Below, in pieces: positions 19,678-28,915 of a stretch of DNA of 64,000 bases; position 1 is the stretch's first letter; each line of letters opens with the position of its first letter. The stretch is taken from assembly GCA_041739995.1 (NCBI GenBank), contig JBGSMV010000024.1, positions 28,355 to 92,354 on the forward strand, in the 5' to 3' direction. This DNA is from Bdellovibrionota bacterium. GTDB taxonomy: Bacteria; Bdellovibrionota_C; UBA2361; JBGSMV01. The translations under genes and the position numbers were made by a program. The notes beneath the pieces are model-generated. The model was not told where the DNA came from, made no database searches, and was given only the letters and a program-made list of their open reading frames with translations.

Positions 19678-21186
19678 TCACTCACAGTTAACTGAGGAGA
19701 GCTCGTCGCGTCGTGACTGGAAGTATTCTTGCTTTACCCACACTGAAACACGCGCCCTCTGAGGACCGCTTTCATGCACCAAGCACCAATGATTCTCTGC
19801 CAAAAGCACTGTCCCTAAGGGGCTATCATCTCTCCATAGAATAGTACCGGGGTTTACGGCGTCAATGTATTCGCGCCAATTCCGCTTTGCTCGCGCGGCA
19901 GCAAGGTATTTCTTCCAGTAGTCCTTAGCTATCAGGTTCGTACGCCCATCAATCGCAACTCGCTCAAGCGGCTCACCGTGCTCGTCACTGAAGCGATAAA
20001 TAAGGTACCCCCCATGTCCAAACACATTTGCTATCGGTCGGGGGAGATCCTGCTCCTGTATAAAATCTACCGCCTGTTTCGGCACTACTTCGAGCGCTAC
20101 CGGGCTGCTCCAAACCTTGTATACACTCACAATTGAAAGACACAGGAAGACAAACGCAAGCCCTTCTTTCGGAATTTGGTCCGAACCACTTCGCAAACGA
20201 CGCAGTCCTTCGATCACATTTTTTAATCCCACTGCATCGCCGACGCCCTCTCGTTCTACCTCACGCAACGCCCGCGCGAGCATGGCGACAGTGAGAATGA
20301 GAGCGAACGGTAGAAACTTAACTACGGCAAGCCCCGCGAGCACAAAGCTCACCCAGATGAGTAGTCGCGCCACCGAGTCCAACCTTCCTCGACCACTGAT
20401 CAGAAAAATCAGTGCCATTGCAGCGAGCATTAAAAACGCCGTTGGAAACTGCATGATCGTCGCAGGTTGAAACTCAGCGATCACGTTGAACGCGGCGGGA
20501 TGCGACGTTTTAGAGAGAAAGGTGATCCACTCTCCTCCAAAATAAGGAGTGATCAACGTGCCCAGAAATGTCAGGGCTGCAACCTCCGCAGAGCGTCGAA
20601 TCGCTGGTTGAAGCGGAGCGCCTCCTTTGCCAAAACTCCACGCGGTTGCTGCAACAATCCCCAAGAGAGCAGTGAGGTGAGTGTTTGCCCAAAGCGCCAT
20701 CAAGCCAACTAGAGCGAAGCGCCTTGAGCGATTCATGCCATGCCTTTCAACTTGATCGGAAACGAGCAAGAGAAGCGCAAACCAAATCCACACGAGGGAC
20801 TGAGGACGAAGCGTGAAATGATTGTAACATCCGGCGGTGACGAAGATGCCAAGCAGTAATCCGAGAAACCAATCTTTCGCGAGCCGCGAATAGGTCACTG
20901 AAAAGCTAGCGGCAAGCGCTACAGAGAGCACCAGTTTCAACGCGAGCAAACCGTGATCACCCCACCACCGATCGGCTAACGCGAATACGATTTCGCAGCT
21001 CCACGAATACGCTCTCCACAGCTGCCCATGCGAGAACATGCCCCAGACGTCCTCATGAGGCACTCCACCGTGGGCCAATATCCAGCGCCCTGCCGCGATA
21101 TGCCACCAAAGGTCAGGATCCTGAATCGGGCCGGCAATGTAGAGCCCCACTGCCAGCACCACACAGACCCATACGATCATCTTCAT
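19678..21186 (-). CDS. polytopic membrane protein, GT-C-like glycosyltransferase candidate
   Basis: DPDLWWHIAAGRWI after TM1, LRPQ, LWANTH, GGYLIY, IDGRT; more than 10 hydrophobic segments. Confidence 0.65.
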   Translation of the reverse strand: MKMIVWVCVVLAVGLYIAGPIQDPDLWWHIAAGRWILAHGGVPHEDVWGMFSHGQLWRAYSWSCEIVFALADRWWGDHGLLALKLVLSVALAASFSVTYSRLAKDWFLGLLLGIFVTAGCYNHFTLRPQSLVWIWFALLLLVSDQVERHGMNRSRRFALVGLMALWANTHLTALLGIVAATAWSFGKGGAPLQPAIRRSAEVAALTFLGTLITPYFGGEWITFLSKTSHPAAFNVIAEFQPATIMQFPTAFLMLAAMALIFLISGRGRLDSVARLLIWVSFVLAGLAVVKFLPFALILTVAMLARALREVEREGVGDAVGLKNVIEGLRRLRSGSDQIPKEGLAFVFLCLSIVSVYKVWSSPVALEVVPKQAVDFIQEQDLPRPIANVFGHGGYLIYRFSDEHGEPLERVAIDGRTNLIAKDYWKKYLAAARAKRNWREYIDAVNPGTILWRDDSPLGTVLLAENHWCLVHESGPQRARVSVWVKQEYFQSRRDELSSVNCE

Positions 21187-21205
21187 TGTTATCGAGTCTC
21201 CCTAC

Positions 21206-21392
21206 TCTCTAGCAGGCTGGTGAAAAAATGCCCTCCTTGGCATTTTTTCACTCGCTCCAAGCTCCTTTCGCGCGACAAGCGGCGCGAAGTCCGCGTCGCT
21301 TCGCGTACTTACGCGTTGCTCCAGTCCGCGGTCGGACATCCTGTCCTCCCTAACAAGGTCGTGCATAGAGTTTTTCACAACCTTGTTAGAGA
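21206..21392. mobile_element. MITE-like element with imperfect 22-bp terminal inverted repeats
   Basis: Left TCTCTAGCAGGCTGGTGAAAAA vs reverse complement of right TCTCTAACAAGGTTGTGAAAAA (18/22); hairpins at both ends; no credible ORF. Confidence 0.6.
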
Positions 21393-21449
21393 CTACGTCC
21401 TGGACAGAGATCGTGAAAACATGGTTTCTTTGAGAGGATATTTAGTCCC

Positions 21450-22523
21450 ATGAGTTGCATGACGATAATCCACAGGGCAAAATGGCCGATAGTTATGTTT
21501 CAACATTCTAAACAGTTAGGTGCGGCATTACGTGCTTCTTGGCCTCCGAGAGAGCTTTCAGCCGTCAGAACGTCCTTACGAGCGTCTCTCCGTGCGGGAG
21601 TCCTCCTTGTCGCCGTACTATGTATAGCCAGCGGTGTGATTTTCCCCTCCTTGAGCGAAGCCTGTCCAAAAATTAGACGCCTGATTGATTTTAACTGTGA
21701 CCGAGAGCTCAAAATCGTGGTCGTAGGCGATAGCATTGTCTACGGGAAGGGAGACCTCGACAATGGCAATCGCGGCGGCTGGGTAAAGCGCCTAGGCCCC
21801 CTTCTTAGAATCTCATCCGTCCAGAACCTCGGCATCCCTGGAATTACCACTTCTCGTCTTTATTCACGTTTGGCTCGAAAGCTCGGCAAGGAGAATGATC
21901 CTCTTCGAGCACGCGCCCTGAACGCCGATATCGTCATCGTTGCGGTCGGTACAAATGACTTTTATGACCATGGCGACCCGAGTCTCGCCGCTCGTAATAT
22001 TAAGCGCATCGTCGCCCTGTTGCGTAAGCGTCTTGGACGGGGAGATTTGGTAACGCCCTACGTCATGATTGCGAAACTCACTCCTACCACAAGATCTTTC
22101 CAACGCTCGTTCGTAGAGAATGTTAACCGCATACTGGCTCGATACCGCTCAGAAGCACTGCCCTCCTATCTGCGCTTTGACTTGATGTCAGAGAATTTTG
22201 TTTCAGTCGATGGGGTCCATCCCATCTCGTCCGGGTATGATGAGATCTCCCAAATCGCCTTCTCCTACATAAAGGACGAAGCGACGAAGGATATGAAATC
22301 ACGGCGCGCAGATAAGGACCGTGACGGAGTGTTCGACATGTTCGAGCGTGGGCAGTTTCTAAGCGATCCTGCAGTGAAAGACACTGATGCCGATGGCCTG
22401 AGTGACGGTAGAGAGATTTTTCGATATCGCACCGATCCGCTGAATCCAGATTCAGACATGGATGGCCGATCCGATGGTGAGGAAATAGCAGCTGGCACAG
22501 ATCCACTCGATCCGACCTCTTAG
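21450..22523 (+). CDS. SGNH/GDSL hydrolase with C-terminal Asp-rich (bacterial TSP3-like) calcium-binding repeats
   Basis: VGDSI, GIPG, GTND, DGVHP; DTDADGLSDGRE, DSDMDGRSDGEE, TDPL. Start uncertain. Confidence 0.85.
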   Translation: MSCMTIIHRAKWPIVMFQHSKQLGAALRASWPPRELSAVRTSLRASLRAGVLLVAVLCIASGVIFPSLSEACPKIRRLIDFNCDRELKIVVVGDSIVYGKGDLDNGNRGGWVKRLGPLLRISSVQNLGIPGITTSRLYSRLARKLGKENDPLRARALNADIVIVAVGTNDFYDHGDPSLAARNIKRIVALLRKRLGRGDLVTPYVMIAKLTPTTRSFQRSFVENVNRILARYRSEALPSYLRFDLMSENFVSVDGVHPISSGYDEISQIAFSYIKDEATKDMKSRRADKDRDGVFDMFERGQFLSDPAVKDTDADGLSDGREIFRYRTDPLNPDSDMDGRSDGEEIAAGTDPLDPTS

Positions 22524-22607
22524 CCAAAGCCAATCCTGTGTGCTGGGTCAAAAGTTCCTTTAAGTTTTTTTCTCGCTGAACTCATTGTGTAATTCATTAA
22601 ATATATT

Positions 22608-22741
22608 CACAAAGAGAGCCTCGAGCTCGGCGAGTGTTCTTCATCGAACTCTTAGTGGTCTTTGTGTGCTTAGTGGTGCAAACAAACTCTAGAAATTGGG
22701 CTAAATTTGATTAAACCACAAAAGCCACTAGGCTCACGAAG
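22608..22741. repeat. cluster of 3 x 9-bp periodic repeats in alternating orientation
   Basis: cacaaagag|agcctcgag|ctcggcgag (22608-22634); cttagtggt|ctttgtgtg|cttagtggt (22651-22677); accacaaaa|gccactagg|ctcacgaag (22715-22741). Confidence 0.6.
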
Positions 22742-22768
22742 ATAGAAGCACGGGGTTTCAGAGGTTTC

Positions 22769-23731
22769 CTAGTTCGCCGTGCTCGCTACCCAGCGGCGCA
22801 ACGCCGCTTCTACCGCAGAAGTGACCTCGCCCTTGTTCCATACGAACGCTTGCCCAGTCACCAGCTCATAGGCATCAATGTAGTGCCTCGATATTTCTAC
22901 GCGCTTTTCCGCACTAAATTCAGGGATCTTTCCATCGCCCTTGAACCCTTGAGCAAGCAACCATTGGCGCACGGGCTCCTTATCAAGCATTTCTGGTAAC
23001 TCACCGCGCTCGAAGCGCTCAGCGTAAGAGGAAGCCTTCCAAAAACGAGAAGAATCGAGAGTGTGTATTTCATCGACCAGAAGTAATTCTCCGTCCACAA
23101 TTCCAAACTCATATTTGGTGTCTACAAGAATGAGCCCTCTACGTGCCACCTCTTCTCTTCCAAATGCAAATAACTTAAGTGCAGTCTCCCGCATCTGCTC
23201 CCATAAAGCCGGCGCAACTATTCCACGCGAGAGCACTTCTGCCTCAGAAATTGGTTCGTCGTGTGTGCCTCGTTCAGCCTTGGTCGACGGCGTAACTATC
23301 GGGGTTTGTAGTCGCTCAGACACCCGCATGCCTTTGGGTAATACGACGCCACTGACTGGCTTCCCTTCGACATAGTCGCGCCAGGCGCTGCCCGCCAAGT
23401 ACTCGCGCACCACCACTTCGATTGGTAATACTTGCGCCTCACGCCCGATCAAAACATTCGGATGCGGGGACTCGAGCACATGATTAGGAGCGATCTGCAC
23501 TACCTTCTCAAACCAAAAGCGCGCCAAATCGTTCAGCACCTGCCCCTTAAAGGGAACCGTAGTGACCACTCGATCGAAACAACTTAATCGATCTGTGGTA
23601 ACAAGAACTCTCCGCTTTCCAACCACATAATTATCACGAACCTTTCCTTCGTAGCGCTCCCCGAGGAAGTCAAAGTTAGTGCCTGAAAGCACAAACGGAA
23701 GTTGTGTAAGAATCTCTTGATCTGAAATCAT
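22769..23731 (-). CDS. purC: phosphoribosylaminoimidazolesuccinocarboxamide (SAICAR) synthase
   Basis: YEGKVRD, TDRLSCFD, TPSTKA, LVDTKYEFG, DEIHTLDSSRFW, DKEPVRQW. Confidence 0.97.
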   Translation of the reverse strand: MISDQEILTQLPFVLSGTNFDFLGERYEGKVRDNYVVGKRRVLVTTDRLSCFDRVVTTVPFKGQVLNDLARFWFEKVVQIAPNHVLESPHPNVLIGREAQVLPIEVVVREYLAGSAWRDYVEGKPVSGVVLPKGMRVSERLQTPIVTPSTKAERGTHDEPISEAEVLSRGIVAPALWEQMRETALKLFAFGREEVARRGLILVDTKYEFGIVDGELLLVDEIHTLDSSRFWKASSYAERFERGELPEMLDKEPVRQWLLAQGFKGDGKIPEFSAEKRVEISRHYIDAYELVTGQAFVWNKGEVTSAVEAALRRWVASTAN

Positions 23732-23763
23732 GTCCGCTACTTCACCTCACCTGAATGAACCGT

Positions 23764-25047
23764 TTACTGTACAAGCTTCGCTTCGGCGCTCAATTTGCGC
23801 GTCCCTTTTCGCTTCAATCTCTTACCCTTGCCGACCTTCCCCGATCCCTGTGCCAGCCCCCGAGCCTTCCTCTTCTTGTTCCCCAGTCGTGCCTTTTTCA
23901 GACTTCCTCGCCCCCCGAGAGAACCAGCCAAGACCATACGCAAGTTCGCTCTCGCAATCTTGCCGGCCCTGTAAGTTACCCCGTATAGGTTACGCTCTTT
24001 TATAGTGAACGCCGCGGCCTTGAAGCCTCTTTTCACCATGCGTCGCAGTCCCTTACTTCGACTCACGACCGACTGAATCGACTGCGCAATTGCACGATTG
24101 TTGAGTGCCGCGGCGAGCAATTCCGGATTATCACCGGCCCTCAGAAACTTCCGCGCTCGAGTATAGGCTTCAATAGCACAGCGGAGTTCTCCCATTTCAA
24201 CTCCACCATCTCTCAGAGCTTCAAAGAGATGAAGGTTGCCGAGCAGCCACCAGGGGTAGGCACGATGCGCAAAGGAATTCCAATGAGATTCCTGATGGGC
24301 CACATAAGACAACTCATCAAAAGCCCACTGCCGTGACTTACGGGTGCCCGGACCATACTTATAAGTGAGCGTCGCTCCGACTAGCCGCGCGATAAACTCC
24401 GCAGTTGCCTGCTGAGGCTCCAACGTGAGCCCCACCACCGGTGCCGACTCAACTAGTCTCAACTTCAATGAAGAAATCCATGCGGCAGCACTCTTCGGTA
24501 TCGGGAGTGCGGTCCTCTCCGGGTGAAAAGAAACGGTAATCCAACGCAAAGATCCCCATACCAACACCGGGAGATGTTCTGAACGTGCAAGAAACTTCTG
24601 CGCTTCGGCATGCGAAGTAAAGGTTTCATGGGAGCGCTGAACGGCAAAAGCTCTCGGGGGCGTTACGCGTCGCAGCTGCGTGGCGATCAGCTGTCGAAAT
24701 TGCCTTGAACCTGCTTCAAAGTTGTCACCCTTAAGATAGCTCACCACGAACGACAGAGGCGCATCACGAAGATACAGATATGAATACCCAATCGCGAGGA
24801 CTCCGGCGATCATGCCGGGGATAATCACTGCTCGAGGAATGCGTTTCCCTAAGATGCGAAGTTTCCAAAATAGGAAGACCACCAGTGGAAACGCAAGCAG
24901 TTGAATTTCAGAAAGGTGAATTCCTGAGAAACCCTCAGGTCCGCTCAGTGCCAGCCTAAGCGCCGCGACTGCAAGCGCCACCGCTGCCCATACAAGTGCA
25001 GTCCTGGCTCGAGCAGGAATTGAAAAAATGAGAAGTTCCTGGGTCAT
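23764..25047 (-). CDS. membrane-anchored hypothetical protein with TPR-like helices and Lys/Arg-rich tail
   Basis: Three N-terminal TM segments; WWLLGNL..AIEAYTRA..AAALNNRAIA. Confidence 0.6.
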   Translation of the reverse strand: MTQELLIFSIPARARTALVWAAVALAVAALRLALSGPEGFSGIHLSEIQLLAFPLVVFLFWKLRILGKRIPRAVIIPGMIAGVLAIGYSYLYLRDAPLSFVVSYLKGDNFEAGSRQFRQLIATQLRRVTPPRAFAVQRSHETFTSHAEAQKFLARSEHLPVLVWGSLRWITVSFHPERTALPIPKSAAAWISSLKLRLVESAPVVGLTLEPQQATAEFIARLVGATLTYKYGPGTRKSRQWAFDELSYVAHQESHWNSFAHRAYPWWLLGNLHLFEALRDGGVEMGELRCAIEAYTRARKFLRAGDNPELLAAALNNRAIAQSIQSVVSRSKGLRRMVKRGFKAAAFTIKERNLYGVTYRAGKIARANLRMVLAGSLGGRGSLKKARLGNKKRKARGLAQGSGKVGKGKRLKRKGTRKLSAEAKLVQ

Positions 25048-25117
25048 ATCGCGCGGGCGATACTATCGGAATTTGGGGAAGAACAAAATCAGGCCCGACA
25101 AATACAGACTTCGCCTC

Positions 25118-25570
25118 TTAGGCTACCCCCTGCTCCAGGAGCTCAAGCCTAGCCTCAAGAAAATCGGCAAGTCCGTACGCATACTCAGGATCGATAATAT
25201 CCTGGAGCTCCTCAGCTGAAATGGTCACATAATGCACTCCCGCGGCAGAGAGTACCGGCGCCATATAGCGTCTTCTTACCAACTCACGCACATCAACTAC
25301 TTCTCGAAAGTCCTCGAAAAACTCTATGACCAATCGCGGACTATCGTCCTCGTTCACCACGGTAAAAAGACAGCGACTTGCACGCGCCCATTTACTGGCA
25401 CTCGTCTGGGAATCTCGCTCGATGGCATTAGATTGTTCTGAAGATAGCCTTGAGGGAAGGGCCCCACCGCACACCGCGTTCAGGCTCATGAAGGGCACCA
25501 CACGATCCTCTCCGAAGAAGGAGACCAGCAGTCGAAATAATAGTGCCTCTTGAGCATCAAGCAGGGACAT
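25118..25570 (-). CDS. DUF2726-like hypothetical protein
   Basis: LLDAQEALLFRLL, FTVVN..PRLVIEF, VLSAAGVHYVTI. Confidence 0.55.
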   Translation of the reverse strand: MSLLDAQEALLFRLLVSFFGEDRVVPFMSLNAVCGGALPSRLSSEQSNAIERDSQTSASKWARASRCLFTVVNEDDSPRLVIEFFEDFREVVDVRELVRRRYMAPVLSAAGVHYVTISAEELQDIIDPEYAYGLADFLEARLELLEQGVA

Positions 25571-25860
25571 ACCGGTAATTCTCTCACAGAATAACAAAAT
25601 GAAAAACGACGCTCTCGTCTCTCACCGAATACTCCTACTCTTAAGATCAAGTTCGGACCAGAATCGCTTCGCTCTAAATCTGTGGAACATGCGTATTTTT
25701 TAGCTTGACAGTCACCGCGCTTCTGGGGCCGGCAGAAATTTTGCCCGAAGACGCGCTCTACGCACACGCCTCGAGAACTCGCTTTTCCCACGCCACTAGC
25801 TATGATAAATGGCTCGGGATATTATTAGCACTTAACGCCCTGTGCACCCTACGAGCAATC

Positions 25861-26367
25861 ATGCCACTGCGAGAAATTCTGATCTATCCCGACCCCCTTC
25901 TGCGCGAGCAGTGCGCTCAGGTAACTGACTTTGGAAAGGATCTCGCCACCCTCATAAACGACATGTCGCTTACCATGTACGCAAGTTCAGGGATTGGGCT
26001 TGCCGCTAGTCAGATCGGAATCTTGCAAAGAGTAATAGTGGTCGACGTATCCGAAGATCAAGCCCAACGGCTTGCACTGGTAAACCCGGAAATAATTGCA
26101 CAAGAAGGCGCAGTCTCCTCCGAAGAGGGATGTTTAAGCATCCCTGAGTTTAGAGACACGATTAAGAGAAGTGAGAAGATCTTGGTTAAGGCACAAGATC
26201 CAAATGGCAAGTATCTTGAGTTCGAGGCAGACGAAATTCTTGCGATTTGCATTCAACACGAGATCGACCATCTTAACGGAGTGCTTTTCGTAGATCATTT
26301 GAGCCGACTGAAGCGAGAATTCTTCGCTCGTTGGCTGAAGAAGCAAGGCCTCATCCCCTCAAAGTAG
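25861..26367 (+). CDS. def: peptide deformylase
   Basis: GIGLAASQ, EGCLS, QHEIDHLNG; start set to the ATG at 25861 (MPLREI). Confidence 0.97.
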   Translation: MPLREILIYPDPLLREQCAQVTDFGKDLATLINDMSLTMYASSGIGLAASQIGILQRVIVVDVSEDQAQRLALVNPEIIAQEGAVSSEEGCLSIPEFRDTIKRSEKILVKAQDPNGKYLEFEADEILAICIQHEIDHLNGVLFVDHLSRLKREFFARWLKKQGLIPSK

Positions 26368-26374
26368 GCCCTAC

Positions 26375-27367
26375 ATGTCTTCTATTCGCCGCATACTTTT
26401 TTTTGGGACACCTACTTTTTCTGCAAAGTCATTGTCCACGCTGCTCGATCCAAAGATTTCAGAGATAAGCAGCTCCAAAGTGGTGGGCGTCGTCACTCAA
26501 CCAGACAGACCCGCAGGTCGAGGACACAAGCTTCTTCCCTCTCCCGTGAAGGAACTCGCACTTTCACACAATCTCCCTGTGCTGCAGCCAAACTCACTTC
26601 GCAAAGAACTCTCTGCATTTAAGGAATTTGCACAGGCACTCGGACCCATAGATCTTGGGATTGTGGTCGCCTTCGGGCAGATCCTTCCTAAAGAAGTCTT
26701 GGAGCTTCCCCGACGGGGCTGCGTAAATGTTCACGCCTCCTTGCTTCCGCGCTGGCGTGGGGCTGCACCGATTCAACGTGCGATCATGTCGGCGGACCCT
26801 CAGTCAGGCGTTTGCTTGATGCAGATGGATGAGGGCCTCGATACCGGCGCCGTCTATGCTCAGGCTGAGCTTGATATCGACGCCAAAGATACTTTTTCTT
26901 CCCTACACGACCGTCTCGCTGACCTAGGCGCTTCCCTACTTGGAGAGCGCCTTGCAGGAATTCTTAGTGGCTCTCTGCCTGCGGTACCTCAGTCAGGTGA
27001 CGGAGTTACCTATGCTAAGAAAGTGAGCTCCGCTGAGGCAGAACTCAAGTTTCAACTCCCCGCAGCTCAACTTAGTGCAACGATCCGCGGACTCTCTCCA
27101 CATCCCGGGGCCTACTGCTTTTTAAAAGGTCAGCGTCTTAAGTTACTGATGGCGCAGGAATCCCCGCATCGCGAGCCCGACAAGGCTACGCCTGGAACTA
27201 TTCTTCGTGCGGACGCGAGCGGAATCGAGATACAGTGTGGTACTGGGTCGATTGTATGTAGCGAATTGCAGCTCGAGGGCAAAAAGCGTCTCTCTGCGAC
27301 GGACTTTTTACGCGGCACCCAGATAACGGCCGGTGAACGTCTTGAAGATAGCCCGCCCCCTAGTTAA
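26375..27367 (+). CDS. fmt: methionyl-tRNA formyltransferase
   Basis: FFGTPTF, TQPDRPAGRG, NVHASLLPRWRGAAPIQ, MDEGLDTG. Confidence 0.97.
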   Translation: MSSIRRILFFGTPTFSAKSLSTLLDPKISEISSSKVVGVVTQPDRPAGRGHKLLPSPVKELALSHNLPVLQPNSLRKELSAFKEFAQALGPIDLGIVVAFGQILPKEVLELPRRGCVNVHASLLPRWRGAAPIQRAIMSADPQSGVCLMQMDEGLDTGAVYAQAELDIDAKDTFSSLHDRLADLGASLLGERLAGILSGSLPAVPQSGDGVTYAKKVSSAEAELKFQLPAAQLSATIRGLSPHPGAYCFLKGQRLKLLMAQESPHREPDKATPGTILRADASGIEIQCGTGSIVCSELQLEGKKRLSATDFLRGTQITAGERLEDSPPPS

Positions 27368-27397
27368 GTGCAGCGTTTCCGAAGGAGCTGAACCCTG

Positions 27398-28066
27398 ATG
27401 TCGAGCGCAAATTCAAATCGTATTGTCGTTGCGCCGTCGATTTTGGCAGCCGATTTTGGCAATCTTTCCAACGAAATTCAGTCAGTCGTTCAAGCAGGTG
27501 CCGACTGGCTGCATATCGATGTGATGGACGGGAAATTCGTTCCTCCGATCACTTTTGGGACCAATATGGTGTCCCTCGCCAAAAGCATGTGCACTATCCC
27601 GCTCGACGTGCACCTCATGATTGTCGAACCTGAAAATCATATCGAAGCCTTCAAAAAAGCTGGTACCTCACGCCTGACTGTTCATCAGGAGACCTGCGCC
27701 GATCTGCATGGTGTGCTCACTGAGATTCAAGCCCAGTGCATGTTCGCCGGCGTTTCGGTTAAACCAGAAACACCGATTCAATCGATTTTTGATGTGCTTG
27801 AAGTTTGTAACCTTGTCCTCGTGATGACGGTAAATCCCGGATGGGGTGGGCAGCCCTTTATCGAGAGCTCATTGCAGAAAATTTCTAGTCTTCGAGCGGA
27901 GATCTCCCGGCGCAACCTCTCGACCTGGGTAGAAGTGGATGGGGGGATTAATGCAAAAACTTCAGCCGCATGCCGAAAAGCAGGTGCGAATGCTCTGGTA
28001 GCTGGAACCTATGTCTTTGGATCCCCAGATAAGCAGGCGGCGATCCATAGTTTACGTGGAGAATAG
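27398..28066 (+). CDS. rpe: ribulose-phosphate 3-epimerase
   Basis: APSILAAD, HIDVMDG, DVHLM, VMTVNPG, VDGG. Confidence 0.97.
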   Translation: MSSANSNRIVVAPSILAADFGNLSNEIQSVVQAGADWLHIDVMDGKFVPPITFGTNMVSLAKSMCTIPLDVHLMIVEPENHIEAFKKAGTSRLTVHQETCADLHGVLTEIQAQCMFAGVSVKPETPIQSIFDVLEVCNLVLVMTVNPGWGGQPFIESSLQKISSLRAEISRRNLSTWVEVDGGINAKTSAACRKAGANALVAGTYVFGSPDKQAAIHSLRGE

Positions 28067-28264
28067 AAACGCTTGATATCAGGCCACGATTCTCAGTTTT
28101 CAAATCCTTAGTGGCTGCGGGACAACGGTTGAGATGAACAGTTTCGCGCCGCTCCAAAGCCTGGCCAATCAAGCCGGTTATAAGGAGCGAAAGCTGTTCG
28201 ATCCGTTTGTTAGCCAGCCCGCAACAATTCTGTAAATTCCCCGAATATCACCTGGGGGAATATT

Positions 28265-28783
28265 ATGCCTACGAATCGCACATCACTGGAAAAGGAAATC
28301 GCGGAATTAATCTATCTGATTCGAGGAAAGCGAGTAATGCTAGATTCCGACCTTGCTGAGCTCTATGGTGTTGAAACCAAGCAGGTCAATCGGGCGGTAA
28401 AGCGAAACCCAGAACGCTTCCCTGAAGATTTCTACTTTCAATTGTCAGAACAGGAGGTTACAGACTTGAAGTGCCAATTTGGCACTTCAAGTTCTTGGGG
28501 TGGCCCAAGAAGAGCTAGGCCACACGCTTTCACCGAGCAGGGTGTGGCAATGCTTTCAAGTGTTCTTCAGAGTAAAGAGGCCGCTGTAGTAAACGTGCAG
28601 ATCATGCGAACGTTTGTCGCCATGCGAGAAGCAATCTCGGTACACAAGGAACTAACTTTCAAGTTTGAGCAACTTGAACATCGATTGGGGAAACACGACG
28701 ATGAAATTGCAGCGCTGTTTGAAGCCATCAAGCAGCTCATGCTGCCGGTCAGATCGCAAAAGAAGCAACGGATCGGATTCTGA
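28265..28783 (+). CDS. ORF6N domain-containing protein
   Basis: IRGKRVMLDSDLAELYGVET, KRNPERFPEDF, AFTEQGVAMLSSVL, C-terminal RIGF. Confidence 0.92.
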   Translation: MPTNRTSLEKEIAELIYLIRGKRVMLDSDLAELYGVETKQVNRAVKRNPERFPEDFYFQLSEQEVTDLKCQFGTSSSWGGPRRARPHAFTEQGVAMLSSVLQSKEAAVVNVQIMRTFVAMREAISVHKELTFKFEQLEHRLGKHDDEIAALFEAIKQLMLPVRSQKKQRIGF

Positions 28784-28915
28784 CCGCCACTATAGCTTCG
28801 CTGGCTAACGGCAAAGCCTGTGCCGCGGTACTCCGTCGGTACGAGGCGTTTGTTCTCCCTGCATTCTACGCGCCCTCGTTTTGTAAGCAACTTTTGTCTT
28901 AGATTTCCGATTATC

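Noticed and set aside
21289..21317. Copy of the GxxExxY repeat arm (gtccgcgtc gcttcgcgta cttacgcgtt)
   Set aside because: Periodicity is 10 rather than 9, and it is better explained as the palindromic core of the surrounding MITE-like element.
28265..28783. Prophage suggested by ORF6N
   Set aside because: No integrase, structural or replication genes nearby.
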